From Tubiluchus corallicola (taxonomy: Eukaryota > Animalia > Priapulida), in assembly GCA_030141605.1 (NCBI GenBank), contig JAQGDQ010000247.1, positions 62,001 through 126,000 on the forward strand: a DNA stretch of 64,000 nucleotides. The letters run 5' to 3'. Shown in pieces: positions 29,173 through 42,650 of the stretch. Within the stretch, counting starts at the first letter, position 1. Each line of letters starts with the position of its first letter. The notes beneath the pieces are model-generated. The model ran no database searches. It saw nothing but the letters and a program-made list of their open reading frames with translations, and was not told the DNA's origin. The position numbers were made by a program, and so were the translations under genes.

Positions 29173-29936
29173 TATCTGTTTCCTAAAACGAGGTGACAAT
29201 GCAACTTTGATGACACATCACCCTCTCACGCGCCACTGAAGAATTATAATGATCATCCACAAATATTTGGTGTTTTTAGACGCAACCCTTTCTGCTATCG
29301 AGGCCTTCGCGCTAAATGCGGTCAGTCGATTACAGGTAAAAATACAGCTGATCCTGAAGGAAATGATGATTATTATTATCCACAATTCTGTCTGCACATT
29401 CTTGGTCCACATTTGCATTACGACCTTGGCGTAGATGTAGTCAAGCTACGGCTCAATAAGTTCACTTGAAGAGAAGCGCCCTGCGGGTTGGACAATACAC
29501 TCCATAACTATAATCAAACCAGGTGGTTGGAAAAATCATGCCTTTACCTGCGAACGGCTCGCTGAGTAAACGTTGTTGCGTTATTTTTTACCGCAATTTC
29601 ATTGTGTGCGAGTAGGAAAAGTAAAAGTGGTCTGCCTTCTGTTCAATCACGTGTTTTCTTAAAGCTTCTGTTCAGAGCTGTCGCAGTAGCGTGATTCTTT
29701 CGTAGATTACGTAACGGCTCGGGTATTGTTGAAATTGTTTGCGTTTTGGTTGTTGGATTAAACTGGAATCGGTGAAATGTGATCGTGTGATCCATAACGC
29801 AATTGTGTCACACGAACGTGTAAGAGGAACAGCTAGTGATTGGTGAACTCATTTTGGATTATATCTTTGTGTTAAGCATAATTTATCAACTAAACTGTGA
29901 TTTTTTTTGTAAAATGCGAGACAAAATGCGAGCGCC

Positions 29937-29989
29937 ATGTCCGAGAAACTTAACGAAGTCTTGATGGAGTGGGAGAAAGAAATGAATAG
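29937..29989 (+). CDS. exp: Candidate alternative first coding exon 1c (MSEKLNEVLMEWEKEMN-R)
   Basis: gccATG, 17 codons, then consensus donor AG|gtgagt. Phase 2, compatible with exon 38896. Confidence 0.55.
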
Positions 29990-30432
29990 GTGAGTCATCA
30001 AGAAGCTGCATGATTGGGTGTATGCACTCATGTGATGGTTTGTTAGTTTCGTAATTCCTTCTGTCTTTTTCGGCTGTTTATCTGCCTGCTTATTAGTGTA
30101 AGATGTTTTTTAAGTTATGATTTTTAAGCAGATGGTTTTGACATATTGATTAGGCCTACTAGGAGGCCTAATATTTGCAATCGTTCGTCGTCCCATATTG
30201 AACTTTCTTGTTTTTTCGTATTATGTACAGGTTTTAATTTTTTTTGCTACAGTAGGCTTTTGTAGGATAAAAAAATATATCTTTAACGCTTTTGGCTATA
30301 GTAGGCTTTTATATATATATATATATTTAACTTATTTGGCTACAGTAGGCTTTTGTATATATATACTTTTAGCTTTAGTGCATTATTTCTCCTTCGTATT
30401 TTACTTATACTGGTGACATTACGTTTTACATA

Positions 30433-30655
30433 ATTGAATGGATGAGTGAATGAATAAATGAGTGAGTGAATGAATGAATGAATGAATGGATGGATGAACG
30501 AAGAACGAACGAATGGACGAACGACCGGACGAACGAATGAATGAATGAATGAATGAACGAAAAACGAACGAACGAACGAGCGAACGAAATGAAATGAATG
30601 ATGGATTGAATGAATGAATGAATGAATGAATGAATGAATGAATTTATGATTGAAT
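30433..30655. repeat. (GAAT)/(GAAC) microsatellite
   Basis: Directly visible. Confidence 0.95.
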
Positions 30656-31432
30656 CAATTTTGGTTTAATATCCCTGAATTATGGTTTCTTGATCATTTA
30701 TTTATTTTTCACTACTAGCAGTTGGGGTAAATGTACTTAACTATGTACAATTGTGAATAAACTATGCGCACAGCGTGTAGTCGATCCCCTAACAGATCTA
30801 TAATGCAATTCTGCACCTGTTCGTTTATCCAAAGATTCAATGCAAATAATAAGATCTAATCTCTAGTTGGCTGTGATATTAAAACCAGTATTGTTAAATT
30901 TAGTCGAGTTTCTTGGAAGAATTGGGTCAGCCAGTGAAATGGAATACGACTCGAGTGACACATTTACAATCGCATGTTGTCATTGGAAGAATGAAAAGGA
31001 TGTTTATAAATATATTAATGCTATCGGCATGAGGTCGTGACGGGGAGAATGGGTGGGGTATGCAGTTCCTCTCTTTTGAAAACGGGATGATCAGGATGAT
31101 TCAGGGTTGCGTGAAAAAAGAGAAGTCAGTACGTATATACTGTTAAAAGCATGTTATTTAATTTTTGAAGAATTCTGAACAGCCCCACCCTTGCTCAAGA
31201 GCCATCTCTTGTTTGCCTCTAGGCATTGTTGTAAATTCTGAAGATGTAAGATCCTTACTCATCTTCAACTACGTGGGTTTATCTTAATTCCTTGAAGTGC
31301 TTTTACTGTTTCTTAGGTTTTTTAAACGGCACTTGTTATGTTGTGCAGAAAAGCACAGAGACGGAATGACTTTGGCCAGACTTAGAAAAAGGTATTGCAA
31401 TATGTGATTGTGATGTGAAGCTCTGTGACAAA

Positions 31433-31605
31433 CTGTGATATTATGTGATATGTGATGAGATAAGATGTGCATGTGATATAATGCAATGTGATATGGTACA
31501 AGCGCATGTGATATGATACATGTGCATGTGATGTGATATGATGTGCATGTGATATGATATGATGTGCATGTGATATGATATACATGTGCACGTAATGTGA
31601 TACGA
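31433..31605. repeat. Degenerate (ATGTG/ATATG) repeat
   Basis: Directly visible. Confidence 0.85.
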
Positions 31606-32130
31606 TGTAAAAGGATATGCTTTAAATTAATGTAATGTAATTAAACAAATTGTGCACAATTAAAGGTGTTACACGTTAATTATGTTAACTTGCAGTTAGT
31701 GTTTTGAATTAGACAATGATCAAAACACAAAGTTTACAGCCGCAATCTACGACAAGAAATTTTATTACGTTAAAACAGTAAAAAAGGACTATTAATCTCG
31801 TGGTAGCATTAAACCGTAGCAAAAAATTAAATGAAGTCTAGATTAGAATAAAATTTATTTAACTCTCTAGTTTACAAACACGGCATAATCATCTTATGTG
31901 CACAAATGCTTACGCATGCGCACGCTGCACCTAAATATCATTCTCCATTTCACTGAAGTTTACAAAATTATGTAATTTTCACTGCATCTTTGAGCAACAT
32001 TATTGTGATATATGAATCTTGAAATTCACAATAATATAAAATGCAAATTGAAACAACCAACATATATTTCCTTGCCGTTTGCTATTGTTTGCATCTTCTG
32101 CATTCTTCTGCTCTTTCGCCTTGTATAGTG

Positions 32131-32895
32131 TTACTTCTTTAAATGTAGGTTAACGTTAATGTCAAGGTTAATGTTTTCTACACCTGTAACTAGCTCACTA
32201 ACGTTTTCGTCTTCAGATGGTGTCGTAACATTTTGTGGTCCATGTGCATTATCACCAGCTTCATCAAGATCGTTTGCCACCTGTAGACCACAGGATTCCA
32301 ACAATTCACGATATCTGGGACCATCTTCACCATCCATTATTGTCTCGTGTGTGCATGTACAGTATGCTCTCCCGTGATACTCTAAGTCCCCTGGACCCTT
32401 TGTGATTCGCACTTTAGTTTCAATTAACACGAAGTCGTTCTGTTCGGGCCGATAAATCAGCATTTTCTTGTCCAAATTTTTCTCCTCTTCGCTGCGTAGA
32501 TTTTTGATTCTATGCTCAATTAAATTGCTTGGATAAAGTTGTTCGTAATGGGTCCAGTAAGAGGTTTGCTGTTGCTTGCTGTTTGCGAGCCGGAAACCTG
32601 GACCAGTGGATGTCTCAGTGTCAAGCTCAGGAACAATATTACTGTCTCTCCTCCAAGCGCTTTCCAAATCCATACCAGAAGCGACAACCATGCAATTGCG
32701 TAGTGCTTTTTTCATTCTGCGTCCAAAGATATCAATATGTCCGAATACAAATCCTCCCCTAAGGGCTTCTATTTCTAGTTGTTCCGTCTGCTGCACACTT
32801 TGTGCCACAAGGCGTCGAGCATCTCTTAGCTCATAGTATGCTTCTAGAGAGAAGGGCGGCACTTGAAGAAACGCGCGATTCTCTTCTTCAGCCAT
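32131..32895 (-). CDS. Nested antisense 254-aa protein of unknown family, candidate Zn-deaminase-like fold
   Basis: 765-nt non-repetitive ORF in AT-rich DNA with gcaATGg context. Possible 5'UTR acceptor (cacttacag) near 32919-32927. Minus-strand AATAAA at 31854-31859. Motifs H116-Y-E118 and C179-T-C181. Confidence 0.7.
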   Translation of the reverse strand: MAEEENRAFLQVPPFSLEAYYELRDARRLVAQSVQQTEQLEIEALRGGFVFGHIDIFGRRMKKALRNCMVVASGMDLESAWRRDSNIVPELDTETSTGPGFRLANSKQQQTSYWTHYEQLYPSNLIEHRIKNLRSEEEKNLDKKMLIYRPEQNDFVLIETKVRITKGPGDLEYHGRAYCTCTHETIMDGEDGPRYRELLESCGLQVANDLDEAGDNAHGPQNVTTPSEDENVSELVTGVENINLDINVNLHLKK

Positions 32896-33968
32896 TGCTT
32901 ATAATGCTGTCGTTAACTCTGTAAGTGATGACTGCGAACTTATGTTGACACTTTTAACTTTTACCCTATTTTGTTTTCTCATCAGTTGCTCTCTCTCTCT
33001 TCTTCTTTCTGTCTGTCTCTCGCTCACTCACTCACACTGCTTTCACTGAGCAACTGAAAGCTTTAACACCTGTCTGATGCACTCTAAACATTGAAATAAA
33101 TCTATAGATGATTTTCCACTAGGTTTTGTAGTCAACTGCTGCGAAAAAGCACAACAAACCCGATGATACCATGACACTATTGATCTTAACACTATACGGC
33201 TAAGCACGTCACTTAAATATTTGCTACTGCATGTTAGCGTTATGACTGCAAACTATTGCATTTGTTTGCGTGAAGAAAATCACCCTTTGTACTTTCTACA
33301 GTAATAAAACAAATTATTTTATTTTCGTGGAGAACTTCATATTCATAAAGTAAAATATGTGGATCATCACTTGTGCTAAAGTATGTAGAAAAGCAGGCCT
33401 ACATAAATGTATAAACTATATAACTCTGTGATATTTATAATGTGTTATTACTAGCATGGTGAAATTTCGCTTTTTTCTTAAACCTAATCTGTACAATTGA
33501 AAAGCTGTTCATCTCTCTAGCCTAATGATCTATATTACTTTATTGCTTAAACTGTCCCTATGATTAAGCTTATACACTACACAAGCCTGTTACAATACAC
33601 AAGCCCCCTATTATTATCCGTTAGAGGTTCCATCGTCAAAACTGATTCATGGTCGAAACAATTTCTGAGTAATGTGGCACCTCCGGGTTTTATGATAAGT
33701 TTTTGTCCCCTGCAGCCGTGGTAGTTTAGGCGTTATTATTTTCGCATTTTTAACGAGGTTGCCTTTCCAGTTGTACATTGAAAAGACCCCTAAAATGCTC
33801 ACGAGATGAGGAAGTACTAGCTAATGTGACACAATTACAATCGACAGCCCAGGGTTGTCACTGCTCGTGAGTAAGGAAGTAATTATTTGCAAGCGAAAGT
33901 TGCATCAGATAGCAATCAGCAAGTGAGTTACCTGTAATTAGCAGGTACTCTACCGGTATGTACCTATA

Positions 33969-34623
<655 letters not shown>

Positions 34624-35273
34624 TTACGTGTGGCAAAAGATGTTTTCCTGGATAAATAAATTCACCCCTCTATCTGTGGCCAGTTTAGTGCTTGCATACG
34701 GTCTAAGATTAAGATGTCCTACTATAAAATCGCTCTCAGACACAGACGGGTATAGGTTGCTGGATAAGCTGAAGTAACCCTACCCTTCAATGCACTATGT
34801 CTTACCCAGCGCAGCAAAGACACGCAAACGACAACGTCGAATTTCCTTTCATAATGCAAGCTATGTTAAAATCAAAATTGTTAGTCGAAGTAGTCCTACC
34901 CACGTGCTGTTAGGGACTGCTTAATACTCGACTGCCGTTGAATTGGCTCCTGAGGCTTGCTGAAGAAGGCAGCCAAAATAGCAAATCTGATCTGTACATT
35001 AGTTCTTTTCAGATTATCATTTAATCTGTCTAAAATAATTGCCAATAGTTTTAGTTCATCTGTTTCGACATTCAAACGCTTTGCTTTGTTTGTTTAAAAA
35101 TACAGTGTTTAGTAATTTTCGAGACATCCTATATAATAACGTCCCGTTACTGGACAGTTTTCCATGTTATTTCACCCACGTACGTCTTCTTTTCTCCATT
35201 AACTACTGTTCTGTGTATGCCATTCTTTATTTACTTTGTGTTATTCACTGATGAACTTTCAGTTTTGCACTTT

Positions 35274-35425
35274 GACCAGACGGTTTAGTCTAGTTGTAAC
35301 CCGCACTCTTTCCGTCTGGGAGGTTGTGAGTTCGATACAGCGGTCGGGTCATACCAAGGACTTAAAAAATGGTGTCTGCTGTTGCCCTGCCTGTCGCGTG
35401 GTATTTAGGGTAAAAGTCGGATAAT
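35274..35425 (+). mobile_element. tRNA-derived SINE with a MetaSINE-like core
   Basis: A/B-box-like head (gagttcgatac) followed by ggtcataccaaggacttaaaaaatggtgtctgctgttgccctgc. Related to 56123-56250. Confidence 0.6.
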
Positions 35426-35686
35426 AATATCTGTTATGTAGTTGTAGGTTGTTATTTACAGTCTGCGATAATAGCTCTTTGAGCTAATGTTAATTGTTCA
35501 CCTACTTTAAATAAAGATCGTTATTATATTATTGTTATATAATAAAACAATCACTCAACATTTTTTTGGTGATTTATGTAAGAGGAAATCGCTTGTGACA
35601 TCGTCTAGAAAGTCGTACGTTTCGTACGACTAACTCGTTAAATCCTTAGGAACTCCTTAGTTACGGCAGCGTTTGAGTTTGGTTAA

Positions 35687-36330
35687 CTTCTTCTTCTTCT
35701 TCTTCTTCTTCTTCATCATCATCATCATCATCATCTTCTTGTTCTTCTTTTTTTAAAATCTCATTCCACCTATTGTAGGCATTGAGGTATAAACATTTAT
35801 CAGAGTATTCCACCCTTTCCTATCTGCAGCTAACAGTGTAAGTTCTTCTACTCCTAAAGATAGATTCGGTTGAAGTTGTTGAACATCTTTTTTTATCTTA
35901 GTTATCCAAGTTGTTTTAGGTTTACCAGGTGGTTTTTTGCAAGGTTTTAAGGCTTTCTTTAAGGCGATTCTTACTGGTGCTTCATTTGGTAATCTTAGAA
36001 GATGTCCTAGCTATGTTAATCTTCGGATCTTGACTTTTGAACTATTCTTTTTTGTGCAAATTTCTTTCGTTCTGGTGTACGAATCTTCATTTTTGATTAT
36101 GTATGGCCATCTATCTTTAAAACCTTCCTAAAAAGACTTCATGAGTAATCGTTAATCGCCATGTTTCACTGTTGTACATAAATATGCTGGTAACGTAAGC
36201 ATTAAATAATCGAAGTTTTACGTTAAGACTTTTAAGTAATTAAAATTTCTTGCTAGTTAATACATTCTTGTGCTGAAGAAAAGCATGAATTGCTTGTTGC
36301 TTTCTGTTTTAATACCATCTTCGGTGCTTA
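35687..36330 (-). mobile_element. RTE-clade LINE 3' fragment with (GAA)/(GAT) tail
   Basis: Minus strand reads IRRLT*LGHLLRLPNEAPVRIALKKALKPCKKPPGKPKTTWI, the RTE ORF2 C-terminal motif, followed by a trinucleotide tail. Confidence 0.8.
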
Positions 36331-36407
36331 GAATATCATCTTTGGTTATCACGTGTCACATTTCACTGTGTAGCAATGTTTACATATTCAACGTCACAGA
36401 AACGACC

Positions 36408-36532
36408 GGTATCCAATGAAGCCGTTGCTAGCGGTATCCAATGAAGCCGTTGCTAGCGGTATCCAAGGAAGCCGTTGCTAGCGGTATCCAATGAAGCCGT
36501 TGCTAGCGGTATCCAAGGAAGTCGTTGCTAGC
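36408..36532. repeat. 5 x 25-bp tandem repeat (ggtatccaatgaagccgttgctagc) inside a dispersed element (~36385-36670)
   Basis: Units start at 36408, 36433, 36458, 36483 and 36508. Confidence 0.95.
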
Positions 36533-38895
36533 ACATTTGTTTAGCCTGCACTTTTCCGAAGTTTCATGAGCAAAATGTTTTGAAACTACGAGGACCCGAT
36601 TTCATTAAGAAGGAAGTCACGAAATTTAATAAATTAGTACCAAATTTTAAGTAACGGTTAGCTCTATTTATGAACGAAAACTTGATTTACGTTAAATATG
36701 AGCTTCAAAATTGCGCACTTGTTACTTTGTAATTATTATCACGAATTTTTATATTCACTTTATGAAGTCTATTTTTTAAATCTCGCTGTTTCGTGTATTT
36801 AATTGCTTACAGAAAATATTAAGGCGTGCACGTTCTTGTCACTTATTTAGTTTCCTACCTATTTTAATTTTATGCTTAATCACTAAGGCTTTCTTATTAT
36901 TTACTTCATTTTACCGGAAATTCTGTTGTTATTCACTTACACGACGTTCACAACTTTAACACTTTACACAATGTTATTGCTGATAAGAGCAGGAAATCTC
37001 CTTTATTTATTATGAGCCGTTTTTATTTGCTTATTCAACCAAATTCGATCAGACAGATAGATTAAAGCTATACACCGTATAGTGATCGTCGTCCTTGCTG
37101 ATTTCAAGGTAATATATTCAATGTCCATAAGTTCAATCAAAAAGCTAAAATGTAAACAGAAATTACGTAGCATTTTCTAAACGAATAACGTTATTGCATG
37201 GTTTAAGGAAAACCAGGCGATTGATTAGACTCAATCTCATTTTAATTTAGTGTCCAAAATATACAATTTATTGCCTATAAAAGTTAAAAATTGTTTTGAA
37301 TATTTGTATAATTACCTTGAAAAGTTAATTAACGGTACCCAACAGCTATCGCTTATGTCTCGAACTTACCACACTTTGTGCAAACATGTTCCCTGAGTGT
37401 CAAGCATGTTTGCGTAAGCGAAGATTGTTATAAGACCCGGATGTTACGTCACGAAAATGAATTCTGCGTCACACTGATGACACAGACGAACACAGCAGTT
37501 TGTGATCATGCTTACCATGCTACTTATTGGCCACGCGAATGTGTCAAAAAGGCGCCAATGTTAGTGGATTCGTCGAGTAGCTGGTAGCTTTAAAAATTTA
37601 ACACAATTTAATCATCCCAACTAATTGTTATTTGATCTTAGCTTTGATTTAAAAAATATAAAAAAGTTTCCAATATTTTGGAGTATACTTGGACGTATAT
37701 CTTGAACGAATGTCTCAATCTTGCTCTCTATTCTGATCATGCTTGCGAGTTATTTGGCGAGAAAATTCGCTGGTCTGAACGCGCCCTAAGCACCAGTTAA
37801 TTTTGCTAGTAGAAATGTAATTATTTGTAATGCTCACTCTGATGCCTCTCATAGGCTTACCCTGATCATTCCAGATATAAAACGGTTACTCAGATCCAAT
37901 TTTTTCATCGGGCTTCTCCTCTGTGGATATCTTCTGCAACTAAAAAATTAGTTATGTGAACACTATTTCACTGGACATTTATTCAGATATTCTGGTCACA
38001 TCGAAATTACGTTACTTTTGGCAATTAACATTGTAAAGGTGATTCGCTGCATTTTGACAAAAATTCTATTTTGCAAACATTTGTTTTATTAATTTTATTT
38101 TACAATTTTTACATTACGCTTGTGTTTGTATTGTACTAACCATGTACCATGTTTTCTGCACTTTTACCTGTAATTTTACTTTCTATACATTGTCGATATA
38201 TCTTACGATGTTTTTAATGGTCATGTGAGTCTCTTGCCTTAAGTTCAAAGATCTATTATAAACAAATAAAAATAATGAATAAAAATAAATAATTTTTGTA
38301 AATATTGACTTTTTACTGTAAATAAATAAAAATAATAAATAAAAATAAATAACTTTTGTAAATATAAACTTTTTACTGTAAATCAGTTTTATGAGCCTTG
38401 TGTTCGAAATAAAATAGTTTACATTTTTAGTGGAGAGTCTTGACTGATCGTTGCCTTGTTAAGAGCTGTTTGTATATAAAAATAGTTTTAATATGTATGA
38501 ATGTGGGTTTACATGCAGTTAATTAGAGTTATGAGACCAGTGTACTACTTTATACATATGCATGGAAATTTCTCTAAACTTTTGTGTCTAACATCAATTT
38601 GATTAATCGCTTAATAATGATTATTATAATGATTGATTCAATAGGTCGATAGAGTTCAATTATAGAGGATACAGAGGTAGCTAGGTAACTGTGTGTTTAA
38701 GTGCGACAAATTGGTCCACATTAATTTTGTAAGATGACAGAGATGTCGTAATGTGTAAATTCGTTTGCTGTTTTGGATACGGATAATTTTTGGTGTGATT
38801 ATTGTTTCCTTAAGTTAAGTAATGGATGTCATATGTGGCGACACCTGCAGGGTGAAATTGCTAAGTTATTAAAGTTGTTGTTGTTTATGTTGCAG

Positions 38896-38980
38896 GGCTA
38901 AGATGGGTATGGAACAGAAAGGTAGACGGGCTTTTAACCCAAAAGATGAAGAATGGTTCGATGAAGATTCACTGTACACA
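38896..38980 (+). CDS. exp: Expansion/Rebuf-like exon 2 (AKMGMEQKGRRAFNPKDEEWFDEDSLYT)
   Basis: ttgcag acceptor and gtaagc donor, phase 2 to 0. The EEW...LY segment resembles the pre-MH2 helix of Expansion as I recall it. Confidence 0.85.
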
Positions 38981-39029
38981 GTAAGCTGAAATTTACTCAT
39001 TAATTCTACACCGTTCATAGAACAACAGC

Positions 39030-39535
39030 ACAATATAGCACTTGCACAGCACAACGTAGCATGCCACAGCATGGCACAGCACAACACACAACATCACACA
39101 ATGTGCAAGACCAAAATTCTAACAAATTTCAAACTAAACTATACTATACTGTACCACACCACACTGCACCACAGGACACCACTTTGCACCACAACCCACT
39201 TAACTGCATTGAATGGCATTACATAACACTACTCTACACAACGCCACCTAACATCACACCATACCACATCGCATTTCTCCACATCACCACACTACACTGC
39301 AAACACACCACACCACACTACATCACATTACACCTTAGTGCAGCACACCACTTTACACCACAACACACCGTGTCACAAGAAACCACATGACATGACACGG
39401 CCATTATGCCTCAGCATCTTAGATCACCTCAACACTACCCAACGTCACAAAAACACATCACACCACATCACTTTACGCAACATCACACTACATCACATCA
39501 CATCGCAACAAGACACGTCACACAGCAACACGTGG
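39030..39535. repeat. Degenerate (CACAC/ACATC) pentanucleotide tract
   Basis: Directly visible. Confidence 0.8.
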
Positions 39536-40137
39536 ATCTACGTGAACCAGAACAAATCATCACAAATGCCTGCTAACTGTTGACCTGTTTCATAACGCGT
39601 GGGCTTCTGTGAATACTCACCAAAGCTCTCTCAGTAATTATCACCACTGTTAGGAATGCAGCCTTTCATTATTTGCTGTGTAATTAACGAACGGTTTGAC
39701 CAGAAGGCCTACGATTTGCAAAATGTTAAAAAAAATTTGAATCGATTTATTCGGATCAAGGCAACCGACCTGATTAATTTAGCGGTAAACAAACAGGTTG
39801 CTGTTAGATCGTTAAACCAAGCGGTAAACGAACAGGGTGCTGTTAGATCGTCAAACCAACCATGAGGAACTTTTATAGTCTGAAAGCATCGCAGCATCAC
39901 CTAGTTTAACACTTCTTCCAAGGACAACTGGGTCAAAATTACGCCAGTTCAACCATAAATGCATAAAATATTATAAATTACAATAATTTAGTGGCTTTCT
40001 AATTTCACTTTTGGATGTGCTTGGTTTGATTTTGGCTCATTTTAACTGTAAATTTGTATCCGGTTTAAACTGCTTTCACTGATAATTTTACGCAATCTTA
40101 AACTGCAGGTCAAAACAATCTATTCTTTAAAATATTG

Positions 40138-40696
40138 AAAGGAAACACACTATTTTCCCACAATGATTTACGCGAAAGAATTATCATCCCACAAACACTA
40201 TTTCGCATTCGCGCCACTCTTCGCTGTTACATGTATTCTGCTATTCGCTAGTTAGAAGGGCACTAGCACCTGCATTTCAGAAACGCAGTGCAGAAAAACA
40301 GGTGCTGTACCTCTCAGTTCAGATGTGTTAGTTTGTGACGAACTGCACACGTTCGACACCTCATACGTGAGTACAGCGGTAAATTTGAAATTTGAATTTT
40401 TATCTTAAAATTTGTCTAGTTTTAGTACAACACTCTGAACCTCTTACAGTAGCACTGTACTTTTCGCTTTCACAAACACGTACAACACGCTCGTGGAATA
40501 TTTTTGCTGTTGAAAATTATGCTACTTTGTGATGTCATCAATAGTTGGGCTCGCCTGCCGTTAATTAAATTTTTAATCTGTTGTTTAATTATCAGAAACA
40601 CTTTTGCAGTATGCAGTATTAATTTGTTAAAAATTAATACTTTTTATCGGACTTGAAAATGAGGTAGTATATAAAAAATCGTCATGTGTTCCTTTA
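40138..40696 (+). mobile_element. TTAA-type (Kolobok-like) non-autonomous element, second partial copy at ~52060-52410
   Basis: Ends aaggaaacacac ... tgtgttcctttaa. 40380-40696 is collinear with 52100-52410. Confidence 0.6.
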
Positions 40697-41679
40697 ATTA
40701 AACCAAAGAAAAACAGAATTCTTAAAAATAAATTAATCAAATATAATAAATATAACACAGAGCTTAAAAATTTGTCTTGAAAATTCATCATCGTCGTTGG
40801 ATGTCGCCATCATCATCGTCGTTGTCGCCATCATAATCATCACCATCACTCATTCTTACTTGTTTTTCGACAATTTACATAGCCGGAAAACGTTTCACGA
40901 AAAAAAAACAAACGTAAAAGTATTGTTAAGCGTTTGGGTAGTCGCGACAGCAGTGCACCTCGGGTGTTTGTTACCTTCTTCTTCACCTCGCCTCGTCATC
41001 GTCATAACGTAAAATAATTACCCACCAATGAAAAAATGCTTGAAAGCGGCGAAGTAATACTACCAAGTCACATAGAAATGAAAAAAAAACAGCGAAGAAT
41101 AATTTAATTTCTTCCCACCTCACAAACTACCCCCTCAAAAATCCGTCGTAGCATAAGACTGCAATTTTTGTTTAATTTTGAGTGTCAGTCATTTAGGTTA
41201 CCAAAACACCGGCAGAAATACATCTCGATGTATAAACCTATTAATTTCAAAATTGATTCGTTCTAGATTTCAAAAATAAAAGGAAATAACACGTACTATT
41301 TCCCTTTCTGGTGAAAGATGGTAATTGTTACCACGATATATAATTTCGCTTTCCTTTTCTACTCATCAAAGTTTTTTGTTCAGATTTAAAATTTTGTCGT
41401 ACGCGATTAATGCGGGCTATCAATTTTTGATTCAAAGAAATTTCACAAGGTATAATAATCCTGGTTGAATTAATCAGTGCAAGTTTCAATAAGCGTACTG
41501 TAGGCAGGTACACATTCTTACTTCTTACTTAATTACAGGTGAATTCATGTCAAGTTGACTAAGAATTCTGCCTGCAGCATTGCTGTTTGCTAGCGGAAGG
41601 ACTCGAGTTGCTTAGGGATATCTTCAAGTATATTTGCAAGCAATAATCTTTAACAATCAAACGTTTCAAATGCCTATGT

Positions 41680-42075
41680 TTTTTTCAGTGCAAGAATGTA
41701 TTAACTAGCAAGAAATTAAGTCGTAACACAAGACTTCGATTATTTAATTCTTACGTTACCTGCATATGCTGTACGCACAACATACTTACAACTTGCAACA
41801 GAAAAACGTGGAGTTTAGCGATTACTCAAGAAAAGACAATTGACACGTTTCATAGAAGTCTTCTAAGGAAAGTTTTAATGATAAGATGGCTGTTCATGAT
41901 CAAAATGAAGATTTATACAGTAGAACGAAAGACAGTAGAAGGAAAGAACTCCCGTGGAGTTCAAAAGTCATGCTACGAAGATGGCTAGGACACCGTCTCA
42001 GATTACCAAGTGAAGCACCAGTAAGAATCGCCTCAAAGGAAGCCTTAACACTTTGTAAAAAAATCGCACGTTGAA
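41680..42075 (+). mobile_element. RTE-clade LINE fragment
   Basis: Reads TRLRLFNSYV ... RRWLGHRLRLPSEAPVRIASKEAL. Same family as 35687-36330. Confidence 0.75.
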
Positions 42076-42299
42076 AAAATAAAAATTAACGGTCAAAAAT
42101 CAATTTTTAATAATTTGTCTAAGTTAAGCAACTGCATTTCGTATAGTCTTATAATTTTGCATAAAAATTGATTGTGTGGAGAGTAGATACCTACAAAAAT
42201 TATCAAATATAACGTAATTGCTCCTTATGAGAGTAGTTTTATGTACCTATGCAAAATGCAACAAGCGTTGACGGTCCTGAAGGAAATTAGATAGTTCCT

Positions 42300-42650
42300 G
42301 TTCATCGTCACAATTAAAGATTTATGCACCAGAACGAAGTGAATGCCATGGAGTTCTAAAGTCAAGTTTCGAGGATTAAGATGGTTATTACACCTTCTTA
42401 GATTACTAAATGAAACACTAGTAAGAATCACCTTTGAAGAACCCTCTTGACCAGAAACAACCACTTGACAGACCAAAAAACAACTTGGATAGCTAAGATA
42501 AATAAAGATGTTCAACAACTTCAACAAATCTAGCTTTAGGAACACAAGAACTTATTGTCAGTTTGCGGACAGGACTTGGTAGAATGCTTTAATAAATGGC
42601 AGTGCCTCAATGTCTATAACAGACAGAATGAGACTTTCAAGAAAAGAAGT
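42300..42650 (+). mobile_element. RTE-clade LINE 3' fragment, second adjacent copy
   Basis: Reads RGLRWLLHLLRLLNETLVRI. Its 3'UTR is homologous to 35755-35830. Confidence 0.7.

Noticed and set aside
29197-29468. ~90-codon open frame on the + strand
   Set aside because: No ATG, no convincing acceptor and no recognisable motif.
34955-34990. Minimal hammerhead-like ctgaaga-ggc-a-gcc-aaaa
   Set aside because: It lacks the GAAA core and I cannot form stems I and III. At best a decayed relic.
36408-36532. CRISPR-like appearance of the 25-, 27- and 39-bp arrays
   Set aside because: The units are head-to-tail with no unique spacers, there are no cas genes, and the context is eukaryotic.
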